Shown here: positions 34,660 to 45,199 of the stretch, one piece after another | Numbering within the stretch: position 1 is the first letter of the stretch | How the letters are laid out: each line of letters starts with the position of its first letter | Assembly: GCA_963779415.1 (NCBI GenBank) | Contig: CAVZYA010000002.1 | Coordinates: 960,001-1,024,000 of the forward strand | Source: an uncultured Acidobacteriota bacterium | GTDB taxonomy: Bacteria > Acidobacteriota > Thermoanaerobaculia > UBA5066 | Length of the DNA: 64,000 nucleotides | Reading direction: 5' to 3' | The notes under the pieces: model-generated | What the model was told of the DNA's origin: nothing | The model's input: the letters and a program-made list of their open reading frames with translations, nothing else | Database searches by the model: none | Position numbers and translations under genes: made by a program

Positions 34660-35868
34660 ATGGCAAAGAAGATCTACATCGCGGCGTATCACCAGTCCCC
34701 GTTCGGCAAGCTCTTCGACCTCTCGGTGCCCGAGATTCTCCGGCGCGCCGTGGAGGAGACGTGCGCGGAGATCGGCGTCCACGCGTCGGCCCTCGACGTG
34801 GCCTCGGTGGGCGCCACCTGCCACCTGACGCTGAACCAGCAGGGCCTCCTCTCGGGGCTGGTCGCTTCGGTCCCGGGCCTCGAGGGAAAGCCGATCGAGA
34901 CGGTGGAGAACGCATGCGCGTCGGGGGGACAGGCGATCCTCTCGGTTCTCGGCAAGCTCCTCCTCGGTGACGGCGAGACGGGAATCGCCGTCGGCTACGA
35001 GAAGATGCGCGATCGCGAGGGGAAGATGGACGGCAAGGAGATCGGCCGCGCCCTCGGCTTCTACTCCCACCCCGACGAGCGCCCCGGCAAGGTCTTCGTC
35101 TTTCCCCACCTCTTCGCCGAGATCATGGACGCCTACATGAAGGCGTGGGGGGTCACGGAGAGGGACCTCGCGCAGGTGGCCGTCACCGAGTACGCCAATG
35201 CGAAGCACAACCCGTACGCCCAGATGAAGAACGCCTCCCTCACCCTCGACCAGGCCATGAAGATCGAGGGGATCAACCGGTACATCGTCGAAGGGCTCCC
35301 TTTGAAGACGTACGACTGCTCGCAGATCACCGACGGCTACGCGGCGATGATCCTCGCGACCGGCGAGGGCCTCGCCAAGCTCGGCGTGAAGAAGGCCGAT
35401 TGCGTCGAGATCGCCGGCTGGGGACAGGCGACCGACCCGCTGATGAAGCAGGGGCGCGACGTCCTGCGCCCGAAGGGGGCCTGCCGGGCCGTGGCGCAGG
35501 CCTATGCCCGCGCGGGGGTCACCGCCTCCGACATCGGCGTAGCCGAGGTCCACGACTGCTTCACCGTCATGGGGGCGATGGGGGCCGAGGTGCTGGGCTT
35601 CGCCGAGCTCGGAAAGGGGGCGGCGTACTGGTTGGACGGGAAGGCCGAAGTCGGCGGGAAGGTCCCGATCAACACGTCGGGGGGCCTGATCGCCAAGGGG
35701 CATCCGATCGGGGCCACCGGGGTGGCGATGGTCGGCTGGAGCGCGTGGCAGCTACTCGGCAAGGCGCCGAAGGAGCTTCAGGTGAAGGCGCCGCGGGTCG
35801 CCGCGACGTTCAACATCGGCGGTCCCGTCTGCGCGACGGTGGCGATGGTGCTGAAGCCTGCCGCGTAG
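34660..35868 (+). CDS. Thiolase, SCP2-type (HDCF motif)
   Basis: From MAKKIYIAAY: ENACASGG, DCSQITDG, EVHDCFT, KGHPIGATG, FNIGG. Confidence 0.9.
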   Translation: MAKKIYIAAYHQSPFGKLFDLSVPEILRRAVEETCAEIGVHASALDVASVGATCHLTLNQQGLLSGLVASVPGLEGKPIETVENACASGGQAILSVLGKLLLGDGETGIAVGYEKMRDREGKMDGKEIGRALGFYSHPDERPGKVFVFPHLFAEIMDAYMKAWGVTERDLAQVAVTEYANAKHNPYAQMKNASLTLDQAMKIEGINRYIVEGLPLKTYDCSQITDGYAAMILATGEGLAKLGVKKADCVEIAGWGQATDPLMKQGRDVLRPKGACRAVAQAYARAGVTASDIGVAEVHDCFTVMGAMGAEVLGFAELGKGAAYWLDGKAEVGGKVPINTSGGLIAKGHPIGATGVAMVGWSAWQLLGKAPKELQVKAPRVAATFNIGGPVCATVAMVLKPAA

Positions 35869-35875
35869 AGCCGGG

Positions 35876-37318
35876 TCAGTTCTTCGGAGCGGGGGTCGCC
35901 TCGACGCCTCCCGGGGTCGCCTCGATCTGCCCTTCCCCGAGCGTGATCTCGACGCGGCGGTTCTTCGCCCGTCCCGGGGCCGTGTCGTTCGGAGCGACTG
36001 GGTTGGCCGGCCCGTAGCCACCGTACGTCATCCGTCCGGCCGAGACCCCCTGCTCCTCGAGGAAGTCGCGGACTCCCTTGGCGCGCGCGGCGGAAAGCTT
36101 CTTATTCGTCTCTTCGGAGCCGGTCGCGTCGGTGAATCCTTCGATCCGGATGTTCTGCTCGGGAAGCATCAGGAGGACGCCGGCGAGCTTGCCCAACGCC
36201 ACCTGCGTCGGCGTCTTCAGCGTCGCCTTGCCGACGTCGAACGAGATGTCGCCGAGGCTCATCATCATTCCGCGCGCCGTCTTCGAGAACGACGAGACCC
36301 GGTCGAGCGCTCCGCCGAGCCGTTTGGCGAGCGCGTCACGCTCGGCCTTCAGGTCGGCCCGCTGCGTCTCGAGCGCCGCCTTTTCCACGGCGAGGGCGTT
36401 CCGTTCTGCGGCGATCTGGTCGATCTGCGCCTTGAGGGAGGTGGCGGTCGCTTCTCCCTCCTCTCTCGTCATGGCGACCTTCTGCTCGAGCGCGGCCTTC
36501 TCGGCCGCGGCCTTCGACGCCAGCGCGGCCTTCTCGGCGGAGACCCTCGCCTTGTCCGTATCGCGGATCGCCTCGCTCGCCAGGGCTGTGGCACGCCGGC
36601 TGTAGTCCTCGACGGCGCTCCGGCTCCCGCCCCGTGCCGAGTTCGTCGCCTGAGCGAGGGCGACGGACGCCTCCTCGATCGCCTTCGGGTTGACGTCCGC
36701 TGCCTTCATCCCCCGGGCGACGTCGAGGATCTTCGTCGCCTGGGCGAGGGAGACGGGTTCCTTGGACGTCCACGACATGTTGGAGATCGTCGGATTGTTC
36801 GCTTTCGGAGCCGGCCCGAGGCCGGAGAAGGAGAACGGCATTCCGGGGGCGCTTTTCGAGTCGGGGGTTCCCGACACGAAGATGACGAGCTCGGAAGGCG
36901 CGACCACGCCGGGATAGGTCTCGGCGGTGACGAGAAGCCCGAAGGCTTTCTGGCCCGTCTGGAACGTGGCGCTGCCCGAATCGTCGCGGACGGGAAGCTC
37001 GCCGAGGTTCTCGGCGAGGCCGTCGCGGGTGACGGCCCAGAGGACGTACGTCGTCACGTCCCCGCCGAAAAGGAGGGCGGGCTGCAGCCTCTTCCAGGAC
37101 GCCTCGATCCGGACCTGGCTGCCGCTGGCTTTCACGGTGGCCTCGACGCGTGCTTCCTTCGAGGCGCGTTCGGTCGGAGCGAAGGTCACGTCGACGCTCC
37201 TCTCCGGCCAGAGAGCCGAGGTCATCCTGACGTCGGCGGCCGTGGCGGCCCGTGCGAGGGCGGCGAGGCCGAGAGCGAGGGCGATCGCGACGAGGAGGAG
37301 CGGAATGCGGAGCTTCAC
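35876..37318 (-). CDS. OmpA/MotB C-terminal domain protein (paralog 2)
   Basis: Signal peptide; YVLWAVTRDG..ENLGEL N-domain; coiled coil; IEGFTDATGS..N.KLSAARA, NRRVEI. Confidence 0.9.
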   Translation of the reverse strand: MKLRIPLLLVAIALALGLAALARAATAADVRMTSALWPERSVDVTFAPTERASKEARVEATVKASGSQVRIEASWKRLQPALLFGGDVTTYVLWAVTRDGLAENLGELPVRDDSGSATFQTGQKAFGLLVTAETYPGVVAPSELVIFVSGTPDSKSAPGMPFSFSGLGPAPKANNPTISNMSWTSKEPVSLAQATKILDVARGMKAADVNPKAIEEASVALAQATNSARGGSRSAVEDYSRRATALASEAIRDTDKARVSAEKAALASKAAAEKAALEQKVAMTREEGEATATSLKAQIDQIAAERNALAVEKAALETQRADLKAERDALAKRLGGALDRVSSFSKTARGMMMSLGDISFDVGKATLKTPTQVALGKLAGVLLMLPEQNIRIEGFTDATGSEETNKKLSAARAKGVRDFLEEQGVSAGRMTYGGYGPANPVAPNDTAPGRAKNRRVEITLGEGQIEATPGGVEATPAPKN

Positions 37319-37421
37319 GGTGACTCCCTCCTTCTTTTCCTTCGACTCTATCGCGAGTCCCTGAAATGCGAACGGAGCCGCGGATACGGCCCCGTTCGAG
37401 TCGATCGTCGTTTGGAAGAGG

Positions 37422-38900
37422 CTAGTTCTTCTTGGCGGGCTCGGCCGGCTTGGGGGCCTTCTTGGCGGGGGCCTTGGCCGGAGCCGGTGGCACCTCGGGG
37501 GCCGTGAAGCCACCCGGGGTCGGCTCGATCACTCCCTGGGCCAGCGTCAGCTCGACGCGCCGGTTCCGCGTGCGCCCCTCGGCGGTCGCGTTGTCCGCCA
37601 CGGGGTTCGCCGGGCCGTAGCCGGCGTGCGTCATCCGTTCCGGGGCGATCCCCTGCGCCTTCAGAAAGTCGAAGACGCTCCGGGCCCGCTCGGCGGAGAG
37701 CATCCTGTTCCGCTCGGCGGTGCCGGTCGCGTCGGTGAAGCCCTCGATCCGGACGTTCACTTCGGGAACCATCAGCAGGACTCCGGAGAGCTTCGCGAGC
37801 GGCTGGAGGGCGGCCTGCTTCAACGTCGCCTTGTTGACGTCGAAGAGGACGTTGCCGAGGTCCATGGCGAGGCCGCGGGCGGTCTTGCGGACCTCCATGA
37901 TCCTCTCGACGGCTCCGTCCAGCCGGGCCGCCAGGGCGTCACGCTCGGCCTTGAGCGCGGCCTTGTCCGCCTCGAGCTGTGCCTTCTCGGTCTCGAGCTG
38001 CCTCTTCTCGATCGCGAGCTGGTCTCTCTCGGAAGTGGTCGTCGCGAGCCCCGTCTGGAGAGCGGCCTTCTCGGCGGCCTTCTTCGCCTCCTCGGCGGCG
38101 ATCATCGCCTCGTATTCCTTCTGGACGGTGAGGCGGATCCCCTCCGAAGCACGCGCGGTGGCGCGCGCGGCGTAGTCGGTGATGACCTTTGCGCTGCCGC
38201 CGCCGGTGGCCGAGTTGGTCGCCTGCGCGAGGAAGACCGACGCTTCCGGGACCGCTTTCGGGTCGTACTTCGCGACGAGGGGGTTTCCAGCCATCTCCAC
38301 GAGCTTACGGGCCTTCATCAGCTCGACCGGCTCGGCCCCCTTCGTGTACTTCAGATCGGCGATGGAGGGGTTTCCGGGCTTGATGAGGTTCTGGTAGAAG
38401 GCGGATGTGAATCGGTTGAAGGCGAAGGAGGCGCTCTTTGCTTCCTTCGGCGGGGGCGCCTGGGATGTCGCGATGACGAGGGTCGAGGGCTGCGGCGTGC
38501 CGATGATCGGCTCCGCCGTGATCATCATCGCGAAGTCCTTCTGACCGGTCGCGAACTTCCGGCTTCCTTTCGGGTCGGTCACGGCGAGCTCGCCGAGGTT
38601 CTCGGTGACGCCGTCCCTCGTCACGGCCCAGACGGAATAGGCAGTGATGTTCCCCGAGAAGAGGATCGCCGGCTGCATCTCCCGATAGGAGATCTCGATC
38701 TGAGCCTGTCCCCCGCGGAAGTCCACCTCGGCGGAGATCCTGGCGTCTTTCGGGCCGATCGACGTGACGGCAAACGGGATGTCGATGCTCTTCCTTTCGG
38801 GATAGGTCACCGCGGTCAGGGAGAGGTCCGCGGCGGAGGCCGCGGCCGTGAAGAGAAGCAGCGCCCCGAGGGCGAGCATGTTCAGACGGGTCAGTTTCAT
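37422..38900 (-). CDS. OmpA/MotB C-terminal domain protein (paralog 1)
   Basis: Signal peptide; YSVWAVTRDG..ENLGEL; coiled coil; IEGFTDATG..N.MLSAERA, NRRVEL. Confidence 0.9.
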   Translation of the reverse strand: MKLTRLNMLALGALLLFTAAASAADLSLTAVTYPERKSIDIPFAVTSIGPKDARISAEVDFRGGQAQIEISYREMQPAILFSGNITAYSVWAVTRDGVTENLGELAVTDPKGSRKFATGQKDFAMMITAEPIIGTPQPSTLVIATSQAPPPKEAKSASFAFNRFTSAFYQNLIKPGNPSIADLKYTKGAEPVELMKARKLVEMAGNPLVAKYDPKAVPEASVFLAQATNSATGGGSAKVITDYAARATARASEGIRLTVQKEYEAMIAAEEAKKAAEKAALQTGLATTTSERDQLAIEKRQLETEKAQLEADKAALKAERDALAARLDGAVERIMEVRKTARGLAMDLGNVLFDVNKATLKQAALQPLAKLSGVLLMVPEVNVRIEGFTDATGTAERNRMLSAERARSVFDFLKAQGIAPERMTHAGYGPANPVADNATAEGRTRNRRVELTLAQGVIEPTPGGFTAPEVPPAPAKAPAKKAPKPAEPAKKN

Positions 38901-39026
38901 TTCAGGCACCTTTCTTTTCTGATTGAGGGGAGATTTCTTCGGTCCGGCGCCTCCGGCGGACCGGCGGGGTCGGGTCGACCGATCGAAACCCCATTATAAC
39001 GCGTTGCGTCAGAACGAGACGGCGGT

Positions 39027-40955
<1,929 letters not shown>

Positions 40956-40997
40956 GATGATCCCCGTTTCGTAGTACGCACGGCTCGTGCCGGAGAT

Positions 40998-41558
40998 TCA
41001 GCCCTTCCGGGATCCGGGATCGCTGGCGTCGAAAGGCGCCTCCCCCTCGGTCCGGACCTGGGCGATGAAGGGGAGGTTGCCCCCCTCCCCCTGATACTCC
41101 ATTCCGTATCCGACGAGGATCCCCTCTTCGGATGGGAAGAGAACGTAGTCGACCAGGAGCGGGCACTTCCGTTCCTGTGGGCGGTCCACCAGCGCGGCGA
41201 AGCGGATGGAGCGCGGTGAGAGCTCGAGGAGCTGGTTCACGAGGTAGGTCTCGGTGACGCCGCTCCGCGTCACGTCCTTCAGGACGATCACGTTTGCGTC
41301 CTTCACGTCGAAGGAGGTGATGAAGTTGAGGTTCGTGACCTCCTCGTCGTCCCCCTTCTTGATCACGTCGATGTACTCGCAGCGGACGGCCCGCGTGATG
41401 GCACGCGCGAGGTCGGCGACGAAGAATCCCGCCCCCTTGAGGACCGCGATCAGGACGATCGTCCCGCTCTTGTAGTCGAACGAGACCCGCCGGCCGATGT
41501 CGCCGATCCGCCGCGCGATGTCGGCGGGCCCGTATCGCTCGTCGTAGAGGAGCGCCAC
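40998..41558 (-). CDS. hpt: Hypoxanthine phosphoribosyltransferase homolog (degenerate motifs)
   Basis: tilS-hpt-ftsH synteny; VLKGAGFFVADLAR, LVGYGMEY, NLPFI; PRPP loop reads KDVTRSGVT. Confidence 0.8.
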   Translation of the reverse strand: MALLYDERYGPADIARRIGDIGRRVSFDYKSGTIVLIAVLKGAGFFVADLARAITRAVRCEYIDVIKKGDDEEVTNLNFITSFDVKDANVIVLKDVTRSGVTETYLVNQLLELSPRSIRFAALVDRPQERKCPLLVDYVLFPSEEGILVGYGMEYQGEGGNLPFIAQVRTEGEAPFDASDPGSRKG

Positions 41559-41570
41559 CACGCCAGTCTA

Positions 41571-42563
41571 TCAGGGGCGGGAAGGGCGGGGCGTGAGGCG
41601 AACGACCCGCGAATCCGCGGAAATTCGAAGGCCGGCGAGGCTCTCGGCGACCTTCGTCTCGCCGCCGAAGAGGCGGCCGACGGCGCGCGAGAGCTGGACG
41701 CGTCCCGGGACGCCGCCGCGCGCCCCCGCCGCCCGGACGAGAAGGCGGGCCGTCCCCTCGGGGCCGAGGCCGACGAGGAGGGAGCGGGGCCAGGGGCCCT
41801 CGGATCGGATTCCTGCCCGCGTCAGGGCCACATCGATCGCTCCGTCGAGGATCTCGAGCCGGCGCGTCCAGGCCTCGCCGGCGCGGGCGAGGCGCGCCGC
41901 CGTCCCGGGAGAAGCTTCTTCCAGCGCCGGCAGCTCGCGGCGACGGATCCGGTTCCGCTGGAGCCGTTCGTTCTCGTTCGTCTCGTCCTCGCGCCACGCG
42001 ATTCCTCGCGAGGAGAGGTACTCCCGCAGTTCCGCGCGGGAAGAGCTAAGGAGAGGCCGGACGAGCCCGTCCTCCCGGCGTGCGCGGATCCCGCCGCGTG
42101 TCCGCCCGGTGTGCCGGTGGAGGTTCAGAAGAACCGTCTCGGCCTGGTCGTCGAGGGTGTGTCCCGTGGCGACGAGCGTTTGCGGGCCGAGTTCGCTCGC
42201 GAGGGAGAGAAGCGCCCCATATCGGAGCCGCCGGGCCGCCGCCTCGAGGCTCTCCCCCTTCCGGCGGTTCTTCGGGACGTCGATCGGTTTGAGAAAGAAC
42301 CGGATTCCGAGAGTGGCTACGTGATCGGCCACGAACAGCGCGTCCGCCTCGCCCGCCTTTCCGCGAATCCCGTGCGCCACGTGGCAGGCCACGAGATCGA
42401 ACGGGAGAGGGGAACCGGGGAAAGCGTCCTGCGAAAGGGAATGAAGGAGGAAGAGAAGAGCCGTCGAGTCCCCGCCGCCCGAGCACGCCACGATGACGCA
42501 CGACGCGCCGTCGAGCAGATGACTCTCTTCGAGATGCCGGTTGAAGCGACTGAGAATGTCCAA
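41571..42563 (-). CDS. tilS: tRNA(Ile)-lysidine synthetase (short form)
   Basis: SGGGDS, HVAHGIR, EAAARRLRY, TGHTLDDQAET, RPLL, RNRIR. Confidence 0.93.
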   Translation of the reverse strand: MDILSRFNRHLEESHLLDGASCVIVACSGGGDSTALLFLLHSLSQDAFPGSPLPFDLVACHVAHGIRGKAGEADALFVADHVATLGIRFFLKPIDVPKNRRKGESLEAAARRLRYGALLSLASELGPQTLVATGHTLDDQAETVLLNLHRHTGRTRGGIRARREDGLVRPLLSSSRAELREYLSSRGIAWREDETNENERLQRNRIRRRELPALEEASPGTAARLARAGEAWTRRLEILDGAIDVALTRAGIRSEGPWPRSLLVGLGPEGTARLLVRAAGARGGVPGRVQLSRAVGRLFGGETKVAESLAGLRISADSRVVRLTPRPSRP

Positions 42564-42592
42564 CCCTCAGAGCGTACGCGCGGAGGGGGTAT

Positions 42593-42619
42593 GGGGGAAC
42601 CCGGCGACCGGGTTCCCCC
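42593..42619. terminator. Strong hairpin between the tRNA and tilS (terminator or processing stem)
   Basis: GGGGGAACCCGG-CGA-CCGGGTTCCCCC, 12-bp perfect stem, no U tract. Confidence 0.45.
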
Positions 42620-42704
42620 GTCCATATCGCCGCGAAAGAATTCTCGCCTGTGCGACCGAGCCTGGGAAGAGCGCGTCGGCCGAAGGCCGTTCGAAGCTTG
42701 AGAT

Positions 42705-42780
42705 TGGTGGCGGTGGGCGGATTCGAACCGCCGACACGGGGCTTATGAGACCCCTGCAACTACCACTGTGCTACACCGCC
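42705..42780 (-). tRNA. tRNA with CAT anticodon, most likely elongator tRNA-Met
   Basis: GGCGGTG-TA-GCAC..TTGC-A-GGGGT-CTCATAA-GCCCC-GTGTC-GGCGG-TTCGAAT-CCGCC-CACCGCC-ACCA, 76 nt; G1-C72 paired so not initiator. Confidence 0.93.
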
Positions 42781-42835
42781 GGAGCCCGCGCGCAGGGGCG
42801 GCGCGGGGCGTGAATCCTAGCATTATGATTGAGAC

Positions 42836-43057
42836 GTGAAGTCCCCCGGCGAGCTCGCTGAGATCCTCGGGAAGGGGATCTGCTGCCGCTGCGGCGAAGA
42901 GGTGGAGAGGAAGGTCCTCCAGCGCTGTCCGTGGTGCTTCAAGGACTTCTGCTTCTCGTGCCGTTTTCCGCGCGGGGTGGCCGACTACTGCAGCCGCGCC
43001 TGCGCCGAGGCGATGTTCCACGGCGGCGACGAAGAGGACGGGGGCGAGGAGGAGTGA
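42836..43057 (+). CDS. Small Cys-rich zinc-finger-like protein with acidic tail
   Basis: CCRC..CPWCFKDFCFSC..YCSRAC, C-terminal GDEEDGGEEE. Confidence 0.7.
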   Translation: MKSPGELAEILGKGICCRCGEEVERKVLQRCPWCFKDFCFSCRFPRGVADYCSRACAEAMFHGGDEEDGGEEE

Positions 43058-43078
43058 GGGCGGAATGGGTCTCCGACC

Positions 43079-44515
43079 TCAACGACTCTCGCGGTCGATG
43101 ACCCTCTCGATGGTCCGACGGCAGACCGGGCAGAAGCCGACGTCGTCCCGCGTGAACATGATGCAATCGGCGGCGGGGCGGTACAGCCCCTTCGCTTCGT
43201 AAGACGCCCCTTCGAAGGCGCCGACCTTTCCGGAGTACCTCATCCCCGAAAGGAGCTTCGTCTCGGTGGCCTGGACGCGGCGGAAAAGCGCATCCAACGC
43301 TTCGGGAGGCGCCCCGTCGGCCACCAGCTTCTTTCGTTCGGACTGGAAGGCACGGCTCTCCTTCTCGAAGGCTTCCTTCTCCCAGGGGGTGGGGAGAGGC
43401 GTTCCGGCGGTGACGAGGTCGGCCCACTTCACGCTCTTTTCGTCCTTCAGCGCCGTGACGTTCGGCTCCCACGGCTCGACCTGCTCGGCCCCCCCCGTCT
43501 CGTAGGCGACGTCGGAGGTGTAGTACTCGTCGGCGAGTCCCGCGATGTGATGGCCGAACTCGTGCACGAAGAGGTACTCGGCCCATGCCGACCCCGCGGC
43601 GGCCGTCGCGTGGCTGCCGAAGATCCCGCCGCCGCCGTAACGCGCGTCGTTCACGAGCACCTCGACGACGTCGTACGGCGCGGCCGAAGCGGCCTCACGC
43701 AGCGCCCGGTCGTCCAGCGTCAGGACGTAACGCTCCGAGCCGAAGATTCCGTACTGGGCCGAAAGCGGTGTCCGGCGATAGAGGCCGGAGAACGGGCGGG
43801 TGACGCCGCTCTCGGCCGACGGGAGATGAAGGAACCGGACGTTGAAGTCGCCCTTGCGGGACCGGAACGGCTCGTACTTCCCGAAGAGAAAGTCCGTAAG
43901 CCGGGTTGCGTCTGCGACGAACTTGTCCCGCTCGGCCGCGGTGTACCCCTCGCTGATGACGAGGAGGTCGAGCTTCTTCTCCGGCGGGCCGTTCACGAAA
44001 AGGGGGATCACCGTCCCGGCGGGGGGCCGCGGGGCCGGATTCGTCGTCCAGGCGGCCGGGTCGACGAGGCCGGTCCAGACCTCGCGGAAGAGGTTCTGCG
44101 CGTCCCGGCGGGAAACGCTCACCTGAACGGAGCCCTTTGGCCACGGAAAGCGGAGCGACTCGCCGAACGTCCGCGCCGTCTTCTTCGACTCGGGCGTCGA
44201 CTCCCACTCGGCATAGACCGACGAGTAGCCGCGCGAGAAGAGGACGCGGCCGGTTCCGGGGTCGCGCACCTCGAACCGGTATGTCCCGAGATTCAGCGCG
44301 TCGACGAGGCTCGTCCGGCTGCCGGGCCACGGTCCGTCGTCCACGGCTTTCTCGAAGGCGAGGACCTCGCCGGCGGGCCCGCCCGTGTGCCAGAGATCGA
44401 CCCGCATCGTCCGGCCGGTGAAGGCGGCGTCGTAGGGCGACGGGGCGGGCGTTGCGGAGATCAGGAGGAGGGAAAGAAAGGTGAGAAGCGATGGGATCGC
44501 ACGCTTCGGAGTCAT
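43079..44515 (-). CDS. Peptidase M64 (IgA peptidase family)
   Basis: Signal peptide; TMRVDLWHTGG N-domain; YGGGGI, HEFGHHIAGLADEY, CIM..FCPVC. Confidence 0.92.
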   Translation of the reverse strand: MTPKRAIPSLLTFLSLLLISATPAPSPYDAAFTGRTMRVDLWHTGGPAGEVLAFEKAVDDGPWPGSRTSLVDALNLGTYRFEVRDPGTGRVLFSRGYSSVYAEWESTPESKKTARTFGESLRFPWPKGSVQVSVSRRDAQNLFREVWTGLVDPAAWTTNPAPRPPAGTVIPLFVNGPPEKKLDLLVISEGYTAAERDKFVADATRLTDFLFGKYEPFRSRKGDFNVRFLHLPSAESGVTRPFSGLYRRTPLSAQYGIFGSERYVLTLDDRALREAASAAPYDVVEVLVNDARYGGGGIFGSHATAAAGSAWAEYLFVHEFGHHIAGLADEYYTSDVAYETGGAEQVEPWEPNVTALKDEKSVKWADLVTAGTPLPTPWEKEAFEKESRAFQSERKKLVADGAPPEALDALFRRVQATETKLLSGMRYSGKVGAFEGASYEAKGLYRPAADCIMFTRDDVGFCPVCRRTIERVIDRESR

Positions 44516-44615
44516 GCGAGGATTATCGTCTTTGAGGAAGAGCCGCCGCTCAAGCGGCGGCCTGGGGGATTTCTTAGAAGGTGAATAGAACAGACGGGGA
44601 GGTCGGTTCTTTCTC

Positions 44616-45179
44616 GTGAGAGCTTTTCTCGCGGTCGTAGTCGAAGGGGAAGAAACCGTCGCGCGGATTCGCGCGCTCCTTTCGGAGATTCGCTCCTTTC
44701 GCGGCCTTCGGGCCGTTCCGCCCCACCAGCTTCACTTCACCCTCAGGTTTTTCGAAGATCTTCCCGAGGCGAAGCTGGCCGCCGCGAAGGAAGCCGCCTC
44801 GCGCGCCGCAGCCGCCTCTTCCTCCTTTTCGTTGAATCTTTCGGGCCTCGGGACTTTTCCCCCTCAAAGGCCCCCGCGGGTCCTCTGGGTCGGCTGCGGG
44901 AGCGGACGCGAAATGCTCGTTTCTCTGGCCGCCGGCGCCGAAAGAGAATTCACTTTCGAAGGATTCGCGCCGGAGGCGCGCCCTTTCTCCCCTCATCTGA
45001 CGCTCGCGCGCGTGAAGGACCCGCACGCCGCGCGCGACGCGGCCGCTTTCGCTTCGGCGAACGCGACGTTCGACGGGGGGACGTTCGAGGTGAAGGAGCT
45101 CGTTCTCTTCCTGTCGGTCCTCGGCCCGTCCGGGGCGGCCCACACCCCCCTCGGCCGCTTCCCGCTCCGCCCCCGTTAG
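44616..45179 (+). CDS. thpR: RNA 2',3'-cyclic phosphodiesterase (2H family)
   Basis: MRAFLAV, HFTLRF, PRVLWVG, FSPHLTLAR. Confidence 0.92.
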   Translation: MRAFLAVVVEGEETVARIRALLSEIRSFRGLRAVPPHQLHFTLRFFEDLPEAKLAAAKEAASRAAAASSSFSLNLSGLGTFPPQRPPRVLWVGCGSGREMLVSLAAGAEREFTFEGFAPEARPFSPHLTLARVKDPHAARDAAAFASANATFDGGTFEVKELVLFLSVLGPSGAAHTPLGRFPLRPR

Positions 45180-45199
45180 ACTCGGCGCCCCGGAAAGAA

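Noticed and set aside
42564-43078. tRNA as integration site of a genomic island
   Set aside because: No integrase and no duplicated tRNA 3' end seen; flanked by core genes.
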